A stretch of 64,000 bases of DNA from positions 9,149 through 73,148 of the forward strand of contig CALVHN010000001.1 of NCBI GenBank assembly GCA_944327845.1, in the 5' to 3' direction. Below the pieces are notes generated by a model. It saw only the letters and a program-made list of their open reading frames with translations. It did not search any database and was not told the DNA's origin. Position 1 is the stretch's first letter; each line of letters begins with the position of its first letter. Below are positions 10,822 to 20,072 of the stretch, one piece after another. Position numbers and translations under genes: made by a program. The DNA is from an uncultured Bacilli bacterium. Its GTDB lineage: Bacteria > Bacillota_I > Bacilli_A > RFN20 > CAG-826.

Positions 10822-11925
10822 TTGTTTATGGTTGGAGGAGATAACAACTTAAATCGTAAAGAATCGCACATTAATCATTTAAACGTCGATACGAAAAAAT
10901 CGATGCTAAGTAGAATTATTATTTCTATTTGTTTAGTGATTATTGTTGTGCCTTGTATATTTTTTGGAGATTACATTTTTTTGTGTCTAATATTTTTAGC
11001 TAGCGTTATTGCTACGCATGAAATTATTAAAACACCCCAATCAATTGAAAGAAAATTTAACAACTTAATATATGTTTTTGCATATATTATGTCTTTTTTG
11101 CTTATTTATTGGATTTTTATTAAAAACAATTTAGCTTCTTATTTTGATAATCCTGACGCTTATAGTTTTTCTTTATACAATAATTTTGAATCACCATTTA
11201 TTTCATTATCGGCTTTTGTAATATCTGTTGCATTCTTATTTATTATGATTTTTATCGATAAAACATTTACCGTTCAGGATGCTTTCTATTTTGTTTCAAT
11301 GTTGTTTATCGTTTCAATTGGGTTCCAATCTATAATGTTCTTAAGATTTTTTCCTTCTACTGAACTTTATAACGAATATTTAGATTTGTTGAATTCAACA
11401 AATGCTTTAGATATTGCTCGAGTTGAAGAAATTAAAGCACAACTAGATAGTTCAACATTTAAATATCTTCATTCAACTGGACTATTATTTTATATGTTAA
11501 TTGGTGTTTGTTTGAATGACGTTGGTGCATACTTTATTGGCGTTTTATTTGGAAAACATAAGCTAATCCCACGTATTTCTCCTAAAAAAACTTGGGAAGG
11601 TTTTGTTGGTGGAATAGTTGTTTCTATTTCTACCAGTATGTTATTTGCGTTTTTAATGGCCTATTTTGGATATCCTATTTTAAATATTCTAGATTTAGAT
11701 CATTGGTATAATATTGTAATTTTATCACTTGTTATGCCTATTGTTGGAACATTTGGAGATTTATTATTCTCATCAATTAAAAGGTATTATAACATTAAAG
11801 ACTTTGGTCAAGCATTAAAGAGTCATGGTGGAGTTTTAGATAGGCTCGATTCCATTCTTATTTCATCAATTGCTTTAGGATTATTTATTCCATTAATGGA
11901 ACATACTTGGTTAATTTATCTATAA
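10822..11925 (+). CDS. cdsA: phosphatidate cytidylyltransferase with an N-terminal membrane extension
   Basis: C-terminal CTP-transferase signature 'PKKTWEGFVGG...SSIKRYYNIKDFGQALKSHGGVLDRLDS' and multiple transmembrane segments. Confidence 0.75.
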   Translation: MFMVGGDNNLNRKESHINHLNVDTKKSMLSRIIISICLVIIVVPCIFFGDYIFLCLIFLASVIATHEIIKTPQSIERKFNNLIYVFAYIMSFLLIYWIFIKNNLASYFDNPDAYSFSLYNNFESPFISLSAFVISVAFLFIMIFIDKTFTVQDAFYFVSMLFIVSIGFQSIMFLRFFPSTELYNEYLDLLNSTNALDIARVEEIKAQLDSSTFKYLHSTGLLFYMLIGVCLNDVGAYFIGVLFGKHKLIPRISPKKTWEGFVGGIVVSISTSMLFAFLMAYFGYPILNILDLDHWYNIVILSLVMPIVGTFGDLLFSSIKRYYNIKDFGQALKSHGGVLDRLDSILISSIALGLFIPLMEHTWLIYL

Positions 11926-13085
11926 TGAATCTAGTAATTTTAGGTGCCAGTGGTTCAATTGGAAAACAAACAATTGAAGTAGTTAAAAAAGAAAAAAAGT
12001 GGGATTTAGTAGGGATTTCAGTTGGAAATAATGTTAAATATGCACTTAATCTTTTAAAAGAATTTCCTTCCATTAAGTATCTTTCAATATTAAATAAAAA
12101 TGATTTAAATTATTTTAATAACTTAAATAGAGAAATTAAAATTTTTACAGGAAGTGAGGGTATACTTGAATTAATTAATACTAGTGGAGCAGAAATTTAT
12201 GTAAATGCATTAGCAGGTTTTAGTGGTGTTTTACCTAGCATCAAAATCATTGAAAAAGAGAAAAAGTTATGCCTTGCAAATAAAGAAACAATTGTTTGTT
12301 TAGGTGAATTATATAGTGAAATATTAGGCAAACATAAAAAAGCTATTGTTGTCCCTATTGATAGCGAGCATGCCGGTTTAAAAAAATGTATTGGTAAATT
12401 TAAAGATTCTGAAATATCCGAATATATCATTACTGCAAGTGGTGGTCCTTTTTTTGATTTAAATAAAGATGATTTTAAAAAAATAGAGTTAAAAGATGCG
12501 TTAAATCATCCAAATTGGAAAATGGGAAATAAAATTACTATTGATTCAAGTTGTATGATTAATAAAGCTTTTGAAATCATTGAAGCACATTATTTATTTA
12601 ATATACCTATTAATAAAATAAAAGTTTTGGTTGATCGAAAATCATATGTCCATGCTTTAGTTAAACTAAAAGATGGAACTTATAGAGTAAATTATGGGCC
12701 TAAAATCCCAACAATGACACGACCAATATCTTTTGCATTAAATTATAAAAAAGATAGAAATTTCTATACTGATGTTAAAAAATATTCCGATTTAGAAAGG
12801 TTTTCTTTTAAAATACTCGATAAAAATAAATTTCCTCTTATTAAATATGGGGAATTTGTTTTAAATAAAAAAGGTAACAGTGGAGTTGTCTTTAATGCAA
12901 TATCTGAAGAATGTGTTAATTCCTTTATACAAGGCAAAATTAAATATGTTGATATAGAGCAAATAGTTGATAAAATAATGAATAGTTTTGATTTTGAATA
13001 TGATTTATCTATCAATAAAATTATTGATAGTGATAAAAAAGCTCGTTTAAGAGCTCAAAAATTAATAAGTAATGAAAGGAGATAG
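11925..13085 (+). CDS. dxr: 1-deoxy-D-xylulose 5-phosphate reductoisomerase
   Basis: NADPH-binding 'ILGASGSIGKQTIEVV', 'LANKE', and the conserved cdsA-dxr-rseP order. The start ATG overlaps the cdsA stop (TAATG). Confidence 0.85.
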   Translation: MNLVILGASGSIGKQTIEVVKKEKKWDLVGISVGNNVKYALNLLKEFPSIKYLSILNKNDLNYFNNLNREIKIFTGSEGILELINTSGAEIYVNALAGFSGVLPSIKIIEKEKKLCLANKETIVCLGELYSEILGKHKKAIVVPIDSEHAGLKKCIGKFKDSEISEYIITASGGPFFDLNKDDFKKIELKDALNHPNWKMGNKITIDSSCMINKAFEIIEAHYLFNIPINKIKVLVDRKSYVHALVKLKDGTYRVNYGPKIPTMTRPISFALNYKKDRNFYTDVKKYSDLERFSFKILDKNKFPLIKYGEFVLNKKGNSGVVFNAISEECVNSFIQGKIKYVDIEQIVDKIMNSFDFEYDLSINKIIDSDKKARLRAQKLISNERR

Positions 13086-13093
13086 AAACTAGA

Positions 13094-14740
13094 ATGCCAA
13101 CTGGATTACGTATATTTGTTTCTATTATTTTATTTATTGTTGCGTTAAGTGTTCTTGTCGCCATTCATGAACTTGGACATTTTATTGCTGCTAAATCTTT
13201 TAAAGTTTATTGTAGTGACTTTTCTATTGGGTTTGGACCTAAAATATTAAAGATAAAAAGAAAAAAAGGTGAAACAACTTTTTCAATTGGAATTATTCCT
13301 TTTGGTGGATATGTTTCAATGTATGGAGAAGAAGGCGAACTAGAAGAGAGTGATGGCTATATTCCAAAAGAAAGATCTTTATCTGGAATTAAAAGATGGA
13401 AAAGAATAATAATCATGCTTGCAGGTATTTTTATGAACTTTGTTTTAGCATATTTATTATTTTTAATTGCTGTTGGATGTTTTGAACAAACTAGTTTGTA
13501 TTTAAATTTTAGTAAAAATTCTGATGTAAGTAATGCTCAATCTACTTTAGTTGTTGACAGAGAGAATTCAAATGAACTTTTAGAAAATGAATTTTTTAAT
13601 TATTCTACTTTAGTTTTTGATAATCATAGTGTAAATAATATTATTCGTCTTAAAGATGATAAACCTATTGAATTAAATGATAAAATTTATGTTTTAGGTA
13701 TTAATACTAATACTCCTGATTTTGGAATATATAATTGTGATATCGCTGATTTTTTAGTTCTTTATGAAGCTGAATATAATGAAAATGTTCAAATAATTGA
13801 TTCATATAACGTAAAGTATAATGAAGATAATACAATAGAAAGTGTTACAGAAGATATAAAGACATATGTACCAGTTGTTGAAAATAATAATTTAAAGATT
13901 TTAGATTTAAATAGTTTAGAAGAGCTAAATATTAATGAAATTGTAGTGAATCCTGAAATTATCTCTGGTGAGAATGAAACTAATAGTTTTAGAACAAAAT
14001 ATGATTCAATTTTAACCTTAAAAATTAATCAAGAAACAGATAAATTTTATTCATTTGGGTATTCGTTTTTAACTGATTCTTACTACAATGGTATCCACTC
14101 TTTTAGCCAAGCTGGTGAATTATGGGTAAGATCATGCAGTTTAATTACTGATACACTTGGTGGTTTATTTGTTGGTCAAGGATGGGATCAAGTTGGCGGA
14201 TTTGTTGCGATGCTAACACAAACAACCTCAACATTAATTAATAATCCTTTTTATATTTATTTAGAACAACGGGGTATGATTTCCGTTAATCTTGCCTTAT
14301 TTAATTTATTACCTTTTCCAGGTTTGGATGGATGGCAAGTTTTAGTTGAACTAGTTGAAGGATTTTGGAATGGTGTATTAAAAATTAAAAAGAAAATTGT
14401 TAAAAAGAAAGAAGATAAAAAACTTGTACCTTCTCTTTCATATAATGAATCAAACGCAGATCATAATGGGATTATCTCTAATGATAATATTGAAAATGTA
14501 TTTGAAGAAAGCGAAAGTGATAGTAGTAAAGATAATTCTGAAGTAATAAAAGATAATTTTGATGTAGTTAGCTCGATGAATAATACTGAAATTGTTATTG
14601 GCTATGAAAACGATAAATTAAAAGATGAAGAATGGCATTTACCTGCAAAATTTAAAACAGTTATGTCTTATCTTGGCTTAGGATTGTTATTTTTATTAAT
14701 GATCATTATTTTAATTAAAGATATTATAGGACTATTTTAG
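13094..14740 (+). CDS. rseP: site-2 zinc metalloprotease RseP/RasP family
   Basis: HExxH 'AIHELGHFIAAK' in the first transmembrane segment and an 'LDG' motif in the C-terminal segment ('FNLLPFPGLDGWQ'). At 548 aa it is longer than typical and has a large central insertion. Confidence 0.7.
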   Translation: MPTGLRIFVSIILFIVALSVLVAIHELGHFIAAKSFKVYCSDFSIGFGPKILKIKRKKGETTFSIGIIPFGGYVSMYGEEGELEESDGYIPKERSLSGIKRWKRIIIMLAGIFMNFVLAYLLFLIAVGCFEQTSLYLNFSKNSDVSNAQSTLVVDRENSNELLENEFFNYSTLVFDNHSVNNIIRLKDDKPIELNDKIYVLGINTNTPDFGIYNCDIADFLVLYEAEYNENVQIIDSYNVKYNEDNTIESVTEDIKTYVPVVENNNLKILDLNSLEELNINEIVVNPEIISGENETNSFRTKYDSILTLKINQETDKFYSFGYSFLTDSYYNGIHSFSQAGELWVRSCSLITDTLGGLFVGQGWDQVGGFVAMLTQTTSTLINNPFYIYLEQRGMISVNLALFNLLPFPGLDGWQVLVELVEGFWNGVLKIKKKIVKKKEDKKLVPSLSYNESNADHNGIISNDNIENVFEESESDSSKDNSEVIKDNFDVVSSMNNTEIVIGYENDKLKDEEWHLPAKFKTVMSYLGLGLLFLLMIIILIKDIIGLF

Positions 14741-14742
14741 TT

Positions 14743-17700
14743 ATGAATAATCGAGTTGAAAGATTTTTAAAATCGTTAAATATCGAGAATATTGAAGATT
14801 TTGATTTAGATTTTGATAAAATTTTAAAACCTTATTCTGATAGAAATTATTTTATTTATTATCTAAAAAAAGATTCTTTATGGGATTATCATTTATTTGA
14901 AGAATTTTTAAATGGTATAAATTCGATTACATCTTATACTTGCGATATTTATTTTGAATATACTTGTGATTTTAACTTTGATAGTGTAATTAATTTTGTT
15001 AAAGAATGGTTATTTTCGCGTACATCTAAAGATATAAATTTTGAATGGAATAATGTTGAAAATAAGATTTTATTTTCTTTTAAAAATGAATTAGATAAAC
15101 AAGAATTTAACAAAAATATTGAGGATTTGCGCAGTTTATTTCAATATTTAAACTATAATTATATTTTAGAGATCCAAGATGTTTTTATTAAAGAGAATAA
15201 AAATGAAGAAGAAAATCATCAATCAAATTTAGAACTTTTACTTGGGAAAGAGGATGATGCAAACGATATAAAATTAGAAGATGTTAGTAATAAATTAAAT
15301 AGTGAATTTAATAAAATTAAAGAAGACTCTGAAGAAGAATTACATAAAGCATTAGAAGATAATTACATGAGAATGCTTGAAGAAAGATTACAAAAAACTA
15401 GATTTAAAAAAGGTGGCTATGTTCCAATAGATAAACTAATAAATATTGACGGAAATAATTTATCGGTAGATGTAAATGGAAAAACTTTTGATGTTGATGA
15501 AAAATTAAATACAACTCAAACTGGTAAAAAGAAGATAAGATTTGGTATATCAGATGGCACAAGTGCAATTTACTGTAATGCTTTTGAAGGTGGTAGCTTA
15601 TCATTAGATACAATAAAACAAATAAAAAACAAAATTAATGTAAGAATACTTGGAAGATTAGTTTTAGATTCTTATAACAAAGAATATCAAATCAATGTTC
15701 ATGAAATAGATTTATTACCTGATGATAAATTAAGAGAAGATCATGCAGAAACTAAAAGAGTTGAACTTCATTTACATACAAATATGTCTGAAATGGATGG
15801 AATTACTTCAATTACTGATTATGTAAAGCTTGCTAAAAATATGGGACACAAGGCAATTGGATTAACAGACCACGCTGTAGTTCAATCATTTCCTGAAGCA
15901 GCAAGTGCTTCAAAAAAATATGGTGTTAAAATTTTATATGGTTGTGAAGTTTATATGATTAACGATTATTTAAAGGGTTGCTTTAATCCTAATAATCAAT
16001 CAATAAAAGATTCTACATATGTTGTATTCGATCTTGAATCAACTGGTTTAAGTGTAAAATATGATAAAATAACCGAGTTTGGCGCGGTTAAATATAAAAA
16101 TGGTATAGAAATTGATAGATTAAATATCTTAATTAATCCTGGAGTTCATATTTCAGACTTTATTGCAAAAAAGACTCATATTGATGATGAATTAGTAAAA
16201 AATGAAAAGAAGATTGATGAAGTTTTACCAACAATTAAAGAGTTCATTAAAGATTCAGTTTTAATTTCACATAATCTTGAATTTGACTACTATTTATTAA
16301 ATCAAGCTTTTGTTGATAATGGATATGAAAAACTTTCTCAACCAGGTATAGATACATTAGCTTTATCTAGATTTTTATTTCCACGAAAAAGAGGACACTC
16401 TTTAAAAGAATTATCAAGAGAATTAGAAGTTGAATATGATGAAGAAAGTGCACATAGAGCAACATATGATGCTAGTGTTTTAGGTTCTTGTTGGCATGCT
16501 ATTTATGAAATGTTAATTAAGGATAAAAAGATATTAACTTTAAAAGAATTAGAGAATCTAGAAATACCTAATGAGTATTTAAATCATATACGTAGAGGAG
16601 CATTTCATACCACTATTTTTGTAAAAAACCGTGCAGGTCTCAAAGATTTATATAATTTAGTTAGAATGTCACATGTTGAAACATTGGGCTATTATCCTTT
16701 TGTAAAAAGAAGTGAAATTGAAAAAAGGAGAGATAATTTCCTTATTGGAAGTGCTTGTTTTAATGGCGAAGTTTTTTATAACAGTTATCGTCGAAACAAA
16801 GATAAACTTATTGAAGCTATTAAATTTTATGATTTTATCGAGATTCAACCTTTAGGTAATTATTCTCATTTAGTATTTAATGGCGAAATACCAAATGAAG
16901 AAATGTTAAAAAAATATATTCTTGATATTATAGAAGCTTCTAAATCATTAAATAAAATAATTGTTGCAACAGGAGATGTACATTATGCAGAAAAAAGCGA
17001 TAAAAAATATCGTGATGTTTTAATTGAAACTCCTGGTGTTGGAAAAAAATGGCACCCTCTTGCTCATAGTCCTTTTAGTAAAAAAGAAGATGATGAGGGA
17101 GATTCTAATTCAAGAAGTTATTTTCCAAACCCTGATCAACATTTTAGATCAACAGAAGATATGCTTGATTGCTTTAAATGGTTAGGAGATGACGGCTATC
17201 AATATGTTGTTACTAATACTAATTTAATTGCCGATATGATTGAAGAAATTCAACCTATTCCACCTGGATTATATCCTCCAAAAATTAAAGATAGTGAGAA
17301 AATTTTAAAAGATTTATGCTATAAAAGAGCTCATGAATTATATGGTGAAAATTTACCTGAATTAATTAAAGATCGTCTTGATAAAGAATTAGAAGGTATC
17401 ATCTCAAATGGTTATTCTGTTATTTATTATATTTCGCATCTTTTAGTTAAAGAGTCGAATGATAGAGGCTATATTGTTGGAAGCAGAGGTTCTGTTGGTT
17501 CTTCTTTTGCTGCTACTATGGCATCAATTACTGAAGTTAATCCTTTAGCACCACATTACTGCTGTCCAAAATGTAAACATTTTGAATTTGCTAATATTCC
17601 TGGAATTACAAGTGGATTTGACCTTCCTGAAAAAAGATGTCCTAATTGTGGAGAAATAATGATTAGTGATGGACAATCTATTCCTTTCCAAACGTTCTTA

Positions 17701-19191
17701 GGGTTTAATGCTGAAAAAACTCCTGATATAGATTTAAATTTTCCAACAGATTTCCAATCAAAAGCTCATTTGATCTTAAAAGATTTATTAGGAGAAAAGA
17801 ATGTTTTTAGAGCTGGAACAATTTCTACTATTAAATTAAAAACTGCAATTGGTAATATAACAAAAAATTATTTACCTCGTACAGGACAAAGCCAATCTTC
17901 TTATAAAGCTGCAGAAATTAAAGAACTAGCTTTTGGGACGACTGGTGTAAAAAGAACTACAGGTCAACATCCTGGAGGAATTGTTGCTGTTCCTAATGAA
18001 TATGATGTTACTGATTTTACTCCTACTCAATTTCCAGCTGATGATTCAGAAGCAACATGGCAAACAACTCATTTTGATTACAATGCTTTACATGATACTT
18101 TACTTAAATTTGATATGTTAGGTCATGTCGATCCACAAGCAGTGAAAATGATGTCAGATTTAACAGGAGTAGATGGAAGAAATGTTCCAATGAACGATAA
18201 AAAAGTTCTTTCTATTTTTTCTAGCGATAAAGAATTAAATTTAATGCATAAATATTTAAAAGAAGATAATGGGGCTCTTGGTCTTCCTGAATTTGGTACT
18301 GAATTTGTTAGACAAATGTTAAGAGAAACTAATCCACAAACTTTTTCTGATTTATTAATTATTTCAGGTTTATCACATGGAACCGATGTTTGGGCTTTTA
18401 ATGCACAAACTTTAATTAAAGATGGAATTACTAATCTTAAAGGTGTTATCGGATGTCGTGACGATATTATGGAATATTTAATTTCTATGGGTATGGATCA
18501 ATCGGAATCCTTTAAAATAATGGAAATTGTTCGTAAAAATAAAAAATTAAGTGATGAGCAGATTCAACATATGAAGGAACATGGAGTACCTGATTATTAT
18601 ATTGAATCTTGTAGAAAAATTGCTTATCTTTTCCCTAAAGGTCACGCTTGTGCTTATGTTATGATGGCAGTGAGAGTCGCTTATTATAAGGTTTATTATC
18701 CTTTAGAATATTATGCAACCTTCTTTACTTTAAGGTGCGATGCATATGATATTAAAACTATGATTGGTGGTATCGATACTATATATGAAAAATTAAAATC
18801 TTTGGAGCAAAGAAGAAATATCCGAGCCGGAGAAGGTGCTTTAAGTAACAAAGAAAAATCATTAATTATTACTTTAAGTTCAGCTTTAGAAATGCATGAA
18901 AGAGGATATAAATTCTTAAATGTTGATATTAATAAATCAGATAGTTCTAATTTTATTGTTGATAAAGAAAATAAAGCCCTTATTTTACCTTTAAAAGTAC
19001 TTGATGGATTAGGTGAAAATAGTGGAGATGAATTTATTAAAGCTAGAAATGAAAAACCATTTTCAAGTATTGAAGACTTTAAGAAAAGAAGTGGATTAAC
19101 AAGTACAGTTATTGGTAACTTAATTGATTTACATTGTTTAGATCATTTAAAAGAAGATGATAATATTTCGTTATTTGATTTTTCTTTCTAA
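14743..19191 (+). CDS. polC: DNA polymerase III alpha subunit, PolC type
   Basis: 1482 aa. PHP domain 'HLHTNMSEMDG', a 3'-5' exonuclease domain 'VVFDLESTGLS', and a zinc-finger 'CPKCKH...CPNCG' within the polymerase core. Confidence 0.9.
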   Translation: MNNRVERFLKSLNIENIEDFDLDFDKILKPYSDRNYFIYYLKKDSLWDYHLFEEFLNGINSITSYTCDIYFEYTCDFNFDSVINFVKEWLFSRTSKDINFEWNNVENKILFSFKNELDKQEFNKNIEDLRSLFQYLNYNYILEIQDVFIKENKNEEENHQSNLELLLGKEDDANDIKLEDVSNKLNSEFNKIKEDSEEELHKALEDNYMRMLEERLQKTRFKKGGYVPIDKLINIDGNNLSVDVNGKTFDVDEKLNTTQTGKKKIRFGISDGTSAIYCNAFEGGSLSLDTIKQIKNKINVRILGRLVLDSYNKEYQINVHEIDLLPDDKLREDHAETKRVELHLHTNMSEMDGITSITDYVKLAKNMGHKAIGLTDHAVVQSFPEAASASKKYGVKILYGCEVYMINDYLKGCFNPNNQSIKDSTYVVFDLESTGLSVKYDKITEFGAVKYKNGIEIDRLNILINPGVHISDFIAKKTHIDDELVKNEKKIDEVLPTIKEFIKDSVLISHNLEFDYYLLNQAFVDNGYEKLSQPGIDTLALSRFLFPRKRGHSLKELSRELEVEYDEESAHRATYDASVLGSCWHAIYEMLIKDKKILTLKELENLEIPNEYLNHIRRGAFHTTIFVKNRAGLKDLYNLVRMSHVETLGYYPFVKRSEIEKRRDNFLIGSACFNGEVFYNSYRRNKDKLIEAIKFYDFIEIQPLGNYSHLVFNGEIPNEEMLKKYILDIIEASKSLNKIIVATGDVHYAEKSDKKYRDVLIETPGVGKKWHPLAHSPFSKKEDDEGDSNSRSYFPNPDQHFRSTEDMLDCFKWLGDDGYQYVVTNTNLIADMIEEIQPIPPGLYPPKIKDSEKILKDLCYKRAHELYGENLPELIKDRLDKELEGIISNGYSVIYYISHLLVKESNDRGYIVGSRGSVGSSFAATMASITEVNPLAPHYCCPKCKHFEFANIPGITSGFDLPEKRCPNCGEIMISDGQSIPFQTFLGFNAEKTPDIDLNFPTDFQSKAHLILKDLLGEKNVFRAGTISTIKLKTAIGNITKNYLPRTGQSQSSYKAAEIKELAFGTTGVKRTTGQHPGGIVAVPNEYDVTDFTPTQFPADDSEATWQTTHFDYNALHDTLLKFDMLGHVDPQAVKMMSDLTGVDGRNVPMNDKKVLSIFSSDKELNLMHKYLKEDNGALGLPEFGTEFVRQMLRETNPQTFSDLLIISGLSHGTDVWAFNAQTLIKDGITNLKGVIGCRDDIMEYLISMGMDQSESFKIMEIVRKNKKLSDEQIQHMKEHGVPDYYIESCRKIAYLFPKGHACAYVMMAVRVAYYKVYYPLEYYATFFTLRCDAYDIKTMIGGIDTIYEKLKSLEQRRNIRAGEGALSNKEKSLIITLSSALEMHERGYKFLNVDINKSDSSNFIVDKENKALILPLKVLDGLGENSGDEFIKARNEKPFSSIEDFKKRSGLTSTVIGNLIDLHCLDHLKEDDNISLFDFSF

Positions 19192-19323
19192 AATTTTGAA
19201 ATTTATTTTTTACTTTCACTATTAATTTATAAAAGTATTGAAAACTTTAATGGTTTAATACAGCATTTATATGTTATTTAGGATTACTTTTTAAGAAAAA
19301 TTTTCCACCCAAAACATAAAAAA

Positions 19324-19348
19324 AGCCGATAAAATCGGCATTTTTATT
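19324..19348. terminator. bidirectional rho-independent terminator
   Basis: Hairpin GCCGAT-AAA-ATCGGC flanked by an A-tract upstream and TTTTTATT downstream. It sits between convergent polC and tRNA-Cys. Confidence 0.5.
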
Positions 19349-19351
19349 CAA

Positions 19352-19425
19352 TTGGAGCCCCCTAGCGGATTTGAACCACTGATCACTGAGTTGCAGTCAG
19401 TTGCCTTACCACTTGGCTAAGAGGG
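19352..19425 (-). tRNA. tRNA-Cys (GCA)
   Basis: The reverse complement folds as a cloverleaf. Acceptor stem GCCCTCT/AGGGGGC, anticodon stem ACTGA/TCAGT with loop CTGCAAC, T-arm GGTTCAAATCC, and an encoded CCA. Confidence 0.8.
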
Positions 19426-19544
19426 CAGCTATTCAATTATAAAGATATTGCTATCTTTAATCAAGGGCAAAGATATATTCAAGAGCAAAACAAAGCATGT
19501 TTTGCTCTTGAGATGTTTTTAATATGTTTTGCTTATAATTAAAA

Positions 19545-19928
19545 TTAAAGTTCTTTAACCCATAAGCCATGAAGGTTACAGTATTCATAAACTTTTAATA
19601 CTTTTTCGTTATTTAAAACAAAACTTGCTTTTGGCTCATCTAAATGTGTTAAATCCTTACGATAAATATTCTTATCTGTTACAACAACTATAAAGGAAAT
19701 TAAATGTTCTTTTGTCATTGGGTGAATTGTTGAACCTACTTGGACATTAACTACATTATCCTTTATTTCAACAACAGGAACGTGTTTTTCTAAAGCAGCA
19801 TCAACTGTATTTGCTTTTAATTCGACCATTGGTTGACCACAACAAATTGTAGGAATATTATTCTCTTTTGTGATTAATTCAATAATTTTTCCACAAGTAT
19901 TACATTTAAAAAATCTTACATCATTCAT
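19545..19928 (-). CDS. dfx: desulfoferrodoxin (superoxide reductase, 2Fe-SOR)
   Basis: N-terminal desulforedoxin-like 'CNTCGK...CCGQPM' Cys cluster plus a C-terminal SOR domain with 'HPMTKEHLISFI'. Confidence 0.75.
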   Translation of the reverse strand: MNDVRFFKCNTCGKIIELITKENNIPTICCGQPMVELKANTVDAALEKHVPVVEIKDNVVNVQVGSTIHPMTKEHLISFIVVVTDKNIYRKDLTHLDEPKASFVLNNEKVLKVYEYCNLHGLWVKEL

Positions 19929-20072
19929 ATTTTTTTACCTCACTACTTTAATTTTATACTTTATTAAAGAAAATATAAATTAAATGCTTAAAATTTTTAT
20001 TTTAAAAAGTTTATTATTAATCAACTTTAAGATGGCATTATATTTAGATATAATTTTTATCGAGGTGATTTT

